Source: a bacterium
GTDB lineage: Bacteria > UBA6262 > WVXT01
DNA: 45,091 nt
Direction: 5' to 3'
Assembly: GCA_046759165.1 (NCBI GenBank)
Contig: JBHIBS010000014.1
Coordinates: forward strand, 1 to 45,091
The notes beneath the pieces are model-generated. The model was given only the letters and a program-made list of their open reading frames with translations, was not told the origin of the DNA and did not search any database. The position numbers and the translations under genes are program-made. The first letter of the stretch is position 1; every line of letters starts with the position of its first letter. This document shows positions 36,105 to 45,091 of the stretch, piece after piece.

Positions 36105-37063
36105 GAAGGATCGCTGTTACAACTGCTGGTGGGGATGCCCCGGGAATGAATGCTTGTCTTAGAGCCGTAGTTCGCTCAGCAATCTATTATGGCTATGAGG
36201 TGGTCGGATTTGAAGAAGGGTATTGGGGATTGATTGAAGATAAAAAGAGAAGAATGGATTTGAGGTCGGTTAGCGGAATTATCAGTTGGGGTGGAACGAT
36301 ATTGAAAACGAAAAGGTGTGAAGAGATAAAGACTAAAAAGGGGATAGAGAAGGCAGTAAGGGTCTTAAAGAAGAACAGGATTGATGGTTTTATTACCATA
36401 GGAGGAGACGGTGCTTTTAGAGGGGGAGTAGAACTATATCAGGCAATTGGAACACCTCTTGTTGGTATACCGGCAAGCATTGACAATGATATCGCTGGCA
36501 CAGAAGATACTATAGGTTTCGATACAGCTGTGAATACAGCCTTAGCCTCCATCCAGAAAATTCGGGATACCGCTTCTTCCCACGAGAGAATCTTTATCAT
36601 CGAGGTTATGGGAAGAGAGAGGGGATTTATTGCCCTTGCGGTTGGATTAGCTTGCGGGGCTGAAATAATTTTAGTACCCGAAATAAAGTATGATCTGATC
36701 AAGATCTCCCAAGAATTGGAAAAGGGCAGAAGGAGCGGAAAGAAGAGCAGTATTATTGTTATGGCTGAGGGAGCAGGAACCGCCTATGCCATAGCCCATC
36801 AAATAAGCGATGTTACTGGCTATGAAGTTAGAGTAAGCGTTGTTGGTTATATTCAACGTGGTGGTTCCCCCACTGCCCGTAGTGCAAATTTAGCTAATCT
36901 TTTTGGACATCGGGCAGTAAAGGTTTTGACCAGAACGAAATCGGCCAAGATGGTGGGATGGGAAAGAGGGAAGGTTGTAGTTCTACCCTTGGACTATTCA
37001 ATAAGATATAGAAAACAGATAGACGATAATCTTTATAGATTGGCTCACATATTGGCAATCTGA
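36101..37063 (+). CDS. pfkA: ATP-dependent 6-phosphofructokinase
   Basis: [12 protein letters not shown] (Gly at 104-equivalent), PASIDND, EVMGR, GYIQRGG. Confidence 0.93.
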   Translation: MRRIAVTTAGGDAPGMNACLRAVVRSAIYYGYEVVGFEEGYWGLIEDKKRRMDLRSVSGIISWGGTILKTKRCEEIKTKKGIEKAVRVLKKNRIDGFITIGGDGAFRGGVELYQAIGTPLVGIPASIDNDIAGTEDTIGFDTAVNTALASIQKIRDTASSHERIFIIEVMGRERGFIALAVGLACGAEIILVPEIKYDLIKISQELEKGRRSGKKSSIIVMAEGAGTAYAIAHQISDVTGYEVRVSVVGYIQRGGSPTARSANLANLFGHRAVKVLTRTKSAKMVGWERGKVVVLPLDYSIRYRKQIDDNLYRLAHILAI

Positions 37064-37080
37064 GGATAAAGGAAGAAGAT

Positions 37081-37935
37081 ATGCCACTAGTAACGACAAA
37101 AGAACTCTTGGAGAAGGCTATGAGAGAGAAATATGCTGCGGGAGCTTTCAATGCTAACAATATTGAGATGGTACAGGCGATTATCGAAGCGGCAGAGGAA
37201 GAGAATGCCCCAGTGATTCTACAGGCTAGTCAGGGCGCAATTAAGTATGCTGGCCTGGAAAATGTCGTAGCGATAGTTAAGAACGCTGCGGCTATGGCTA
37301 AAGTTCCGATTGCTCTCCATTTAGACCACGGGACCAATTATGAACAGAATGTCAAGTGTTTACGTATGGGATTCACTTCCTTAATGTTCGACGGTTCTAA
37401 ACTTCCATATGAGGAGAACGTCTCTATTACCAGGAAGGTAGTGGAGATGGGGCATGCTGTGGGAGTTCCCGTAGAAGGAGAGATAGGTAAGATTGCGGGT
37501 ACGGAAGACCATATTACCGTAAGCGAAGTGGAGGCCAGTATGACCGAACCTGAGGAAGCTTTGAGGTTCGTTCAGGACACTGGAGTTGACTCACTGGCAG
37601 TGGCTGTAGGAAGCGTTCACAGGATGAAGAAAAAAGAAGCTAAACTCGATCATGAGCGGATTGGGAAGATCGCTGAATTGGTAAAGATTCCTCTTGTTTT
37701 GCATGGCTCAAGCGGGGTAATGGATGATGAGATGAAAAGAGGCATCAAGGAGGGACTCTGTAAGATCAATGTTGCTACCCAGTTAAATATGGCTTTTGTT
37801 GAAGGAATGAGAAAGGCTCTAAACGAGAAACCAGAAGAGGTGGATCCCCGAAAGATACTTAGAGTGTCAAAAGAATTGCTGAAGAAAGTAGTAAAGGATA
37901 GAATAAGGGTTTTTGGATGTTCAGGGAGAGCATAG
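37081..37935 (+). CDS. fba: Class II fructose-bisphosphate aldolase
   Basis: HLDHG, SLMFDGS, VEGEIG, LAVAVGSVH, LVLHGSSG, KINVAT. Confidence 0.95.
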   Translation: MPLVTTKELLEKAMREKYAAGAFNANNIEMVQAIIEAAEEENAPVILQASQGAIKYAGLENVVAIVKNAAAMAKVPIALHLDHGTNYEQNVKCLRMGFTSLMFDGSKLPYEENVSITRKVVEMGHAVGVPVEGEIGKIAGTEDHITVSEVEASMTEPEEALRFVQDTGVDSLAVAVGSVHRMKKKEAKLDHERIGKIAELVKIPLVLHGSSGVMDDEMKRGIKEGLCKINVATQLNMAFVEGMRKALNEKPEEVDPRKILRVSKELLKKVVKDRIRVFGCSGRA

Positions 37936-37965
37936 AGGGGTAAAGGAGGTAAAGTAAAAATTATC

Positions 37966-38991
37966 ATGAGAATTGGAGTATTGAATGGTGGAGGAGATGT
38001 ACCAGGTTTAAATCCCGCGATTCGTGGATGTGTGATGCGGGCAATAGATTTCGGCTGGGAAGTAGTGGGAATTAACGAGGGATGGAAGGGATTGATTAAG
38101 GGTTTGACTGAACCCTTGGGAATTTCCGAAGTGGAAGATTTAATGGATAAAGGAGGGACGATACTGGGCACTTCCAGGGCAAATCCCTATAAAGTGGAGA
38201 AGGGCGTGGAAAGATGTTTAGAGAATATAGGGAGGCTTGATCTTGGGGCAATAGTTGCTATGGGTGGCGAAGATACTTTGGGAGTGGCCAATAAACTATA
38301 TAAAGAATACAGGATGAAAGTTGTTGGTGTTCCAAAGACCATGGACAATGACCTTTCGTCTACCGATTACACTTTTGGTTTCGATACTTCAGTTACTCTG
38401 GCGATGAATGCTTTGGGAGTTTTAAAAGACACTGGAAAATCGCATAGGAGGATTATGGTTCTAGAGGTAATGGGCAGGCACGCTGGTTGGGTGGCCCTGT
38501 TTACAGCCATTGGTGGTGGTGCGGACTGGGTTCTGCTTCCTGAGGAAGAAGGGAATATAGATTTGATGTGCGAACATTTGAAAAGAGTTTATGAAAGGAG
38601 AAAGGTAGCGACCGTAGTAGTTTCCGAAGGTATCGAAATTCCCGGAAAGGATACAGGTGAAGAAAAACTGGACCAGTTTGGCCATATGCTTTTGAAAGAG
38701 AGACGAATGGGAGAGGAGATTGCTAAAATTATAAAGGACAGACTGGGAATCGATACCAGGGTGAGCGTTATCGGTCATATGCAGCGGGGAGGAACTCCCA
38801 CTCTATTCGATCGAATGCTGGGAGTGAGGGCTGGTGTAAAAGCAGTTGAACTCATTAAGGAAGGCAAGTTTGGTCAGATGGTTTCATTAAGGGGAACGGA
38901 GATGGTGGGGATTAGTTTAGAAGAAGCTGTGGGCAAGTCAAAGACTGTTTCTCGTGAATGGATCGACTTCGCACATACACTTTTTAAGTAG
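37966..38991 (+). CDS. PfkA-family phosphofructokinase, predicted pyrophosphate-dependent
   Basis: GGDVPGLN, GGED (Asp at 104-equivalent), PKTMDND (Lys at 124-equivalent), EVMGRHAGW. Confidence 0.88.
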   Translation: MRIGVLNGGGDVPGLNPAIRGCVMRAIDFGWEVVGINEGWKGLIKGLTEPLGISEVEDLMDKGGTILGTSRANPYKVEKGVERCLENIGRLDLGAIVAMGGEDTLGVANKLYKEYRMKVVGVPKTMDNDLSSTDYTFGFDTSVTLAMNALGVLKDTGKSHRRIMVLEVMGRHAGWVALFTAIGGGADWVLLPEEEGNIDLMCEHLKRVYERRKVATVVVSEGIEIPGKDTGEEKLDQFGHMLLKERRMGEEIAKIIKDRLGIDTRVSVIGHMQRGGTPTLFDRMLGVRAGVKAVELIKEGKFGQMVSLRGTEMVGISLEEAVGKSKTVSREWIDFAHTLFK

Positions 38992-39023
38992 GGCCCCCTA
39001 CTTTTTTCCCGGAATTAGCATCA

Positions 39024-39091
39024 TGTCATTGCAAGCGACTGAAGGGAGCCTGGTCTCGCCCAGTCAGGACTTCACTTCGTTGGCAATCACA
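39024..39091. repeat. Degenerate copy of GTCATTGC palindromic element
   Basis: TGTCATTGCAAGCGACTGAAGGGAGC matches 34934-34959; ends GCAATCACA. Confidence 0.6.
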
Positions 39092-39125
39092 GAGCCTTGC
39101 TACTATAAAAAGGGAATGAGGGAAA

Positions 39126-41543
39126 ATGAAGGTTTCTTATAATTGGTTAAAGGAGTATGTAGATTTTTCTTTGTCTCCTCCAGAACTGGCTAAATGTCTC
39201 ACGATGGCGGGTCTGGAAGTGACCGATATTCTCTATTTGCGGCCAGAGGTGGAGAACGTGGTGGTTGGTGAAATCCTTTCCATGAAGCCACTTCCTCAGG
39301 CAGATAGATTAAGCCTCTGTCAAGTTTCCGATGGGAAGCAGATCTTTTCTGTAGTTTGTGGAGCAAGAAACATAAAGGTTAAGGATTTTGTTCCTCTTGC
39401 CAGGGTGGGAGCTAAACTTCCTGGCGGAAGAAGAATAAGTAAGACGAAAATAAGAGGGCAGACTTCTTACGGAATGCTCTGTTCGCAGAAGGAATTAGGA
39501 ATTGGAGAAGATGCCAGTGGCATTCATATTCTTCCGGCTGGTTCTAAATTGGGTGAGGATATTAAAAAGGCTTTAGTGTTGGAAGAAGTAATGCTGGAAG
39601 TCGAATTGACTACCAATCGTTCCGATTGTGCCAGTATATTTGGGATAGCCCGTGAGGTTTCAGCTATTTTGGGCGGGAATTTAAACCCGCCCAAGATTGA
39701 ATTTGAGGAAAATGGAATTTCTGTATTCGATTTAGCTAAGGTTGAAATTCTTGATCCCGAGGTATGTAGGCGTTATGCCGCCAGAGTTATTCGAGACCTG
39801 AAAGTGGGTTCCTCCCCCTCTTGGTTAGTCAAGAAATTGGATACAGTGGGGCTTAGACCGATTAACAATGTAGTTGATGTTACCAATTACGTTCTAATTG
39901 AACTTGGCCATCCCCTTCACGCCTTCGACTATGATAAACTGTGTGAGCATAAAATTCTTGTGCGTTTTGCTACTCCTGGCGAGAAGCTATTAACTTTGGA
40001 TAATGAACAGAGAAAATTGACAGAAAAGAATTTAGTTATTGCTGACGCGGAGCGACCAGTTGCTTTAGCGGGAATAATAGGAGGGGTGGAGAGCAGTGTT
40101 GACCAATCTACCAGGAATGTACTTTTGGAAAGCGCTTATTTCACTCCTCAGGTAGTGAGAAGGACAGCCCGGCAGTTTGGGATTGATACAGAATCGTCCT
40201 ATCGTTTTGAGCGTGGCGTTGATATGGAAAATGTCCTTATCGCATCCAATCGAGCCTGCCAGTTGATCCAGGAACTCACCGGAGGCAAAGTTGCTTCTGG
40301 AGTAGTTGATGTATACCCTCAGCCTTTCTCTCCAGTAGAGATAGAGTTTTCCCCGGAAGAGACCAATCATATCTTGGGCTCCAATATCTCCGCCAAAAAA
40401 ATGGGCGAAATTTTGACGCGTCTGGGGTTTAAGATTTCTGAGAAAGAGGGAGAGAGGCTCCTATGGGTCAGAGTGCCTTCCTATCGAAATGACATTTCTC
40501 GCGCTATCGATCTGGTAGAAGAGATCGCCCGACTATATGGATATGATAAGATTCCATCAGGGATGCCGAAAATAGAAATCAGTGATTCATTTGATGATAA
40601 AGTTTTGATACTGGAGGATCTTGTAAGAGATGTATTGACGAAGTTAGGATTATGCGAAGTTGTCAGCCGTTCTCTGGTTAGTCCAGAATATTATAACGAA
40701 CTGGACATTACTATCTCGGCAGGGCTTAAAGGAATTGTTGAGATTACTAATCCTCTCTCTCGGGAACAGAGTCTCTTACGCACTTCCCTTCTCCCGGGTC
40801 TCATATCGATACTGAAATGGAATCTAAACCATGGGGTCACTGATATGAAGATATTTGAAATAGGTCAGGTCTTTTTCCCCGGAAAGGAGATGCCAGAAGA
40901 GAAAAGGATTTTGGCAGGGGCCTTGGTGGGTACGCAGGAGGAGGGATACTGGGAAGACTCTTCAAAAGCTATCGATTTTTATTATACTAAAGGGATTGTG
41001 GATTCCCTATTAGGAGAATTGGGCATTTCTCGTCAAAGTCGTGGAGAATCTAAGATAGAGAAAAGCAGCCATTTTCTTCTGGAAGATAGAGTTTCAAATA
41101 AGATAATGGTAGGCAATGAACATCTGGGAGATTTTGGCGAATTAGCTAAGAAGGTCTCTGGGAAGATGGAATTTAAAGATAAAGTATACATTTTCGAATT
41201 ATATTTTGACAAATTGTGTAAACTTATCGAAATTAAGAAGACGTATAAGAGAATGTCGAGGTTTCCGTGGGTTTCTAGGGATATTGCTTTTGTTGCTCCG
41301 GAGGGCTTGACATTTGAGGAAATTTGTGTTAAAATTAAAAAAGTTGGAAATGAACTTGTTCAAGACGTAAAACTTTTCGACGTGTATTTTGGTGAACAGA
41401 TTGAGCCCGGGAACAGGGGCTTAGCTTGCAAGGTTATTTATCAATCTATGGAAAAGACTTTGAGGGATGAAGAGGTAAATAGTTTACATATGAGAATAGT
41501 GGAGGCGTTAGAAAGAGACTTAAAAGTAAAAGTGAGAAGATAA
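39126..41543 (+). CDS. pheT: Phenylalanine--tRNA ligase beta subunit
   Basis: MKVSYNWLKEY, VCGA.N, GMLCS..ELG, NRSDC, INNVVDVTNYV, RFERGVD, DLVEEIAR, C-terminal RDIA anticodon-binding domain. Confidence 0.97.
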   Translation: MKVSYNWLKEYVDFSLSPPELAKCLTMAGLEVTDILYLRPEVENVVVGEILSMKPLPQADRLSLCQVSDGKQIFSVVCGARNIKVKDFVPLARVGAKLPGGRRISKTKIRGQTSYGMLCSQKELGIGEDASGIHILPAGSKLGEDIKKALVLEEVMLEVELTTNRSDCASIFGIAREVSAILGGNLNPPKIEFEENGISVFDLAKVEILDPEVCRRYAARVIRDLKVGSSPSWLVKKLDTVGLRPINNVVDVTNYVLIELGHPLHAFDYDKLCEHKILVRFATPGEKLLTLDNEQRKLTEKNLVIADAERPVALAGIIGGVESSVDQSTRNVLLESAYFTPQVVRRTARQFGIDTESSYRFERGVDMENVLIASNRACQLIQELTGGKVASGVVDVYPQPFSPVEIEFSPEETNHILGSNISAKKMGEILTRLGFKISEKEGERLLWVRVPSYRNDISRAIDLVEEIARLYGYDKIPSGMPKIEISDSFDDKVLILEDLVRDVLTKLGLCEVVSRSLVSPEYYNELDITISAGLKGIVEITNPLSREQSLLRTSLLPGLISILKWNLNHGVTDMKIFEIGQVFFPGKEMPEEKRILAGALVGTQEEGYWEDSSKAIDFYYTKGIVDSLLGELGISRQSRGESKIEKSSHFLLEDRVSNKIMVGNEHLGDFGELAKKVSGKMEFKDKVYIFELYFDKLCKLIEIKKTYKRMSRFPWVSRDIAFVAPEGLTFEEICVKIKKVGNELVQDVKLFDVYFGEQIEPGNRGLACKVIYQSMEKTLRDEEVNSLHMRIVEALERDLKVKVRR

Positions 41544-41566
41544 GACTGGTTGTGAAATAAGGGAAG

Positions 41567-41815
41567 ATGAAAGAATTCAATGTCCTCAAGAAAAAGATAG
41601 AGGAGATTGTTGTATTAGTCAATTCGCTGAAACAAGAAAAGACAAAGTTACTGGAGAACATTGAAAAGGAAAAAGAGGACATTAAATTTATGGAGGGAGA
41701 GAATAGAGCAGCAAAGAAGATAATCGCTCAAGCCGAGCGCTTAGGAAAGGAAAGAAAAGAAGTTAGGGAGAGGCTCCGAATTCTGCTTGATCGGTTAGAG
41801 AAAATGAAAGTATAA
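41567..41815 (+). CDS. Coiled-coil protein, ZapB-like
   Basis: 82 aa heptad-rich, between pheT and zapA. Confidence 0.6.
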   Translation: MKEFNVLKKKIEEIVVLVNSLKQEKTKLLENIEKEKEDIKFMEGENRAAKKIIAQAERLGKERKEVRERLRILLDRLEKMKV

Positions 41816-41839
41816 TCCTGGCACGGGTAAGAGGGTTCT

Positions 41840-42136
41840 ATGCTCGAGAAAGACGGAGACAAGATTCCAGTGAGGATATATAACCGAGAATTCGTAATTC
41901 AGGGGGGCGACTGGGACCCCTTGTATGTCTCGGCTTTAGCAAAATATGTTGATGAACAAATGAACAAAATAGCTAACACATCACATATTGTAGATACAAG
42001 CCGGGTAGCAGTTTTGGCTGCTCTAAATATTGCTGATGAATTGTTTAAATTGAGAGAGAGTAAGGATAACAGTGGCCAGGAAATATCAAAAAAATCTGAA
42101 GAACTGATCAAGCTGCTCGATCAAGCATTAAAATAG
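41840..42136 (+). CDS. zapA: Cell division protein ZapA
   Basis: V.IY.REF, LAKYVDEQM, AVLAALNIADEL. Confidence 0.92.
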   Translation: MLEKDGDKIPVRIYNREFVIQGGDWDPLYVSALAKYVDEQMNKIANTSHIVDTSRVAVLAALNIADELFKLRESKDNSGQEISKKSEELIKLLDQALK

Positions 42137-42174
42137 TAGTTTCCATATTGTTGAAAATATAGTATGCTTTTACC

Positions 42175-42324
42175 GTCCCTGCGATGTTCGTGATGTGTTG
42201 ACTATTTTAAGCCGACAAGCATTAATCAGGGAATCCGGGGCCTCTGATAATCGTGGTTATCGGAGCAGGATACCCACTTTTAGTTGGTGCTTTAAAACAG
42301 TCAGGCACACGGCAGAGCGGGGAC
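42175..42324 (+). ncRNA. ssrS: 6S RNA
   Basis: Ends pair (GTCCCTGC..GTG / CACGGCAGAGCGGGGAC), inner TGACTATTTTAAG / CTTTAAAACAGTCA stem, T-tract after; canonical position after zapA and upstream of ygfA; boundaries approximate. Confidence 0.8.
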
Positions 42325-42361
42325 TTTTTTTAATGATTGATTAAGAATTACGAGGTAGGGG

Positions 42362-43738
42362 ATGGAACTTTTTGCGAAACAGAAAGCAGAAGCCACTAAT
42401 GATATGCCCTTAGCTTTGAGGATTTCCCCAAAGAGACTTTCCGAGTTCGTAGGACAAGAGCACATTTTAGGTATGGGTAAACTGCTTCGGCGAGCTATTG
42501 AGGCGGATAGAATTGTATCTCTCATCTTCTACGGTCCACCAGGCTGTGGTAAATCTGCGCTGGCCAGAATAATCGCTGAGGGTACGGAAGCATACTTTGA
42601 AGAGTTAAATGCGGTGACTTCCGGGGTTGCTGATTTGAGAAGGATAATTGAAAGAGCTTGGCAAAGGAGAAAGCTTTCGGGTCAGAAGACAATTCTACTC
42701 ATCGATGAGCTTCACCATTTTAACAGAAGCCAGCAAGATGCCCTTCTGCCAGACGTAGAGAGGGGGATAGTAATCCTAATCGGCATTACTACTGAGAATC
42801 CCTATTTTTATATTAATTCCAGGTTACTCTCCCGCTCCCAGATTTTCGAATTTAAACCTTTGAGTGATCGAGACCTAAAAGTTATTTTGAAAAGGGCAAT
42901 TGAAGATAAACAGAATGGCTTGGGCAAAAAGAGAATAAAGATTGCTCCTGAGGCACTGAAGCATCTGATAAAAACTGCCAATGGTGATGCCAGAAGAGCA
43001 TTGAATGCTCTGGAGGTGGGAGTGATGACCACAAAACCAAGCCGCAACGGAGAGACTAACTTCACCCTATTAGTAGCTGAACAATCGATTCAGAAAAAAG
43101 CTGTGGTCTATGATAAGAAAGGGAATGAACATTATGACACGATATCTGCTTTTATTAAGAGCATGAGAGGCTCAGACCCAGATGCAACTTTGTACTGGTT
43201 GGCAAAGATGATATATGCTGGCGAAGACCCACGATTTATTGCCAGAAGGATTGTGATCTGTGCCAGTGAGGATGTGGGCAATGCAGACCCACAAGCTCTG
43301 GTAGTAGCCAATGCAGCTCTGGAGGCCTGTGAATTTTTGGGAATGCCCGAAGCTAAAATACCCCTTGCTCAAGCCGCAATATATATTGCTTGTGCTCCTA
43401 AGTCTAATGCAACCTATAAGGGAATAGATAACGCTTTGGCCGATATAGAAGAGAAGAAAATTCTTAAGCCACCAAAATATTTAACTAAGGTTGGACGAAA
43501 AGATTATAAGTATCCGCACAATTATTCAAATGGATGGGTTCAGCAAGACTATTTACCCGTGAAACGTAAGTACTATTTTCCCACAGAAGAAGGTTATGAG
43601 GCAAAGATCAAGAAGAGGATGGAAGAGTTGGAGTCCCGGATTGCTAAGGATTCCAAGTCCTCCCATGGGCAGAAGCCAGACCATTCTCCAGAAAGATCCA
43701 CTCGGCAGGAGAAGGAGGATCAGGCTAGAACTTTTTGA
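42362..43738 (+). CDS. rarA: Replication-associated recombination protein A (AAA+ ATPase)
   Basis: PLA.R..P, VGQEH, YGPPGCGKS, IDELHHFN..QQDALLP, TTENP, HYDTISAFIKSMRGSDPDA. Confidence 0.95.
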   Translation: MELFAKQKAEATNDMPLALRISPKRLSEFVGQEHILGMGKLLRRAIEADRIVSLIFYGPPGCGKSALARIIAEGTEAYFEELNAVTSGVADLRRIIERAWQRRKLSGQKTILLIDELHHFNRSQQDALLPDVERGIVILIGITTENPYFYINSRLLSRSQIFEFKPLSDRDLKVILKRAIEDKQNGLGKKRIKIAPEALKHLIKTANGDARRALNALEVGVMTTKPSRNGETNFTLLVAEQSIQKKAVVYDKKGNEHYDTISAFIKSMRGSDPDATLYWLAKMIYAGEDPRFIARRIVICASEDVGNADPQALVVANAALEACEFLGMPEAKIPLAQAAIYIACAPKSNATYKGIDNALADIEEKKILKPPKYLTKVGRKDYKYPHNYSNGWVQQDYLPVKRKYYFPTEEGYEAKIKKRMEELESRIAKDSKSSHGQKPDHSPERSTRQEKEDQARTF

Positions 43739-43742
43739 AAAA

Positions 43743-44348
43743 ATGGAGAAGAAAAAGACAAAGCTCAGGCAAGAATTCCTGAAGCGGAGAGACAGCCTTT
43801 CCAGGCATGAAATAGACTCTAGGAGCGAGAAGATCGAAAAGGAGCTCTTTACATTGCCTGAGTTCCGGTGCGCAAAGACAGTTATGTTTTATGTATCTTT
43901 TCGTAGTGAAGTGGAAACAGAGAAAATGATAAGAAATGCGCTGGACGTGAGAAAAAGGGTAGTAATACCCGTTGTAGATGGGGAAGAAATAGTGGCAGCC
44001 GAGATTAAAAATTTTAAAAAAGAGCTCACCAAGGGAAGTTTTGGAATAAGGGAACCGAAAAAAGAGTTCAGAGGGAGGGTGGATCAGAAAGAGATCGATC
44101 TCGTAATTGTTCCGGGAGTAGTCTTTGATAAGAGGGGAGGTCGCCTTGGGTACGGGAGAGGATACTACGATCGATTCTTAAGAAGTAAGTCGATAAGATT
44201 GAGGATGGGTCGCTCCCATCAATGTGCAGTGATTGGACTGGCTTTCGATTTGCAGATTGCCGAGAAGATTCCTCTGGTAGAAAAAGATGTGAGGGTTGAT
44301 AAAATAGTTACTGAAAGCGGGATAATAGATTGTAAAAGCCGGCCTTAA
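43743..44348 (+). CDS. ygfA: 5-formyltetrahydrofolate cyclo-ligase (start ATG 43743)
   Basis: K..LR, YVSFRSEV, FGIREP, IVPGVVFD..G.RLGYGRGYYDRFL, D..VD.IVTE. Confidence 0.93.
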   Translation: MEKKKTKLRQEFLKRRDSLSRHEIDSRSEKIEKELFTLPEFRCAKTVMFYVSFRSEVETEKMIRNALDVRKRVVIPVVDGEEIVAAEIKNFKKELTKGSFGIREPKKEFRGRVDQKEIDLVIVPGVVFDKRGGRLGYGRGYYDRFLRSKSIRLRMGRSHQCAVIGLAFDLQIAEKIPLVEKDVRVDKIVTESGIIDCKSRP

Positions 44349-44468
44349 GTAAATTTCAGTGCTGATGCCGTTGGAACTGGTTCTAATGGTACTGCCATCA
44401 CCAAATCTTTGGTATCTCCAGAGGGGATAACTTGAGTGTGGGAATTTCCCCCAGATAAGGAGGGAGAA

Positions 44469-45091
44469 ATGGATAGTATAACCTTAGTTATCCTAGGGTG
44501 CCTTCTTTTAGGAATATTAGTAGGCTTCATATTAAGATTTATCTACGCGAAATCTCAGGCCTCATCAGTTGAAACACAAGCGAAGAGGATAATCGATTCT
44601 GCCCAGCGAGAGGCCGAAGCGAAAAAGAAAGAAGGTGTCCTTGAGATAAGAGATGAGATGCACAGAGCAAGGATTAAATTTGAAGAGGAGACGCGAAGTC
44701 GACGGCAAGAGTTAGAGAGTTTGGAAAAGCGGTTAGTGCAGAAGGATGAAAATTTGGACCGCAAAGTTGATATCCTTGAGAGGAAAGAGAGAGAAATTGA
44801 CAAGAAAGAGAGATATGTTTTGGGAAAAGAGAGACACTTGGAGGAAGAGGCGAAGAGGTTAACTCAAGTAAAGGAAGAACAAAAAAAGGTATTGGAAAGG
44901 TTAGCCAGAATGACCCCGGAAGAAGCAAAGAAGGTTCTGCTGGCCAGTATGGAAGAAGAGGCGAAGAGAGAAGGGGCGACAATTATTAGACGGATGGAGC
45001 AAGAGGCTGTAGAGACCGGAACAAGAAGAGCCAAGGGGATTTTAAGTCAGGCTATCCAGCGTTGTGCTGTGGAGCATACTGCGGATATCAC
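44469..45091 (+). CDS. rny: Ribonuclease Y, 3'-truncated by window edge (absent from ORF track)
   Basis: AGGAGG RBS, ATG 44469, N-terminal TM MDSITLVILGCLLLGILVGFILR, coiled coil, LEKRLVQKDENLDRK, MTPEEAK, AIQRCA. Confidence 0.9.
   Translation, partial: MDSITLVILGCLLLGILVGFILRFIYAKSQASSVETQAKRIIDSAQREAEAKKKEGVLEIRDEMHRARIKFEEETRSRRQELESLEKRLVQKDENLDRKVDILERKEREIDKKERYVLGKERHLEEEAKRLTQVKEEQKKVLERLARMTPEEAKKVLLASMEEEAKREGATIIRRMEQEAVETGTRRAKGILSQAIQRCAVEHTADI

Noticed and set aside
43596-43742. N-terminal extension of ygfA
   Set aside because: Overlaps rarA; family homology starts at ATG 43743
44349-44468. Hairpins upstream of rny as a named regulatory RNA
   Set aside because: One imperfect stem visible but no recognisable family signature

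Overview
Bacterial chromosomal window from a diderm organism (LptD-like and OmpA-domain genes; RNase Y present; taxonomy cannot be fixed from sequence alone, but gene style is not obviously Bacteroidota or Proteobacteria). Two + strand housekeeping blocks (trpB-trpA-accD-folC-ROK kinase-lptD-tRNA-Phe, and tRNA-Thr-two O-antigen-ligase/TPR genes-beta-barrel-accA-pfkA-fba-PPi-pfk-pheT-zapB-zapA-6S RNA-rarA-ygfA-rny) enclose a ~21.9 kb accessory region whose intact genes are all on the - strand. That region holds (i) a trehalose/maltose-type ABC transporter invaded by two copies of a CCCCGTTAGA-ended miniature element, (ii) a c-di-GMP-I-like riboswitch-led cluster encoding a large repeat adhesin with a T9SS type-B-like C-terminal domain, a PorV/PorP-like barrel-TPR protein, a propeller-OmpA protein and a HAMP-GAF-GGDEF cyclase, (iii) a sodium:solute symporter operon containing the most striking feature: two adjacent reciprocal chimeric genes (LplA-N + acyl-CoA-synthetase-C, then acyl-CoA-synthetase-N + LplA-C) whose junctions both fall at a GGAGA/Gly-Glu site, and (iv) two decayed excisionase-integrase remnants next to tRNA-Thr. 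All family calls are from motif recognition by eye; no database searches were run.
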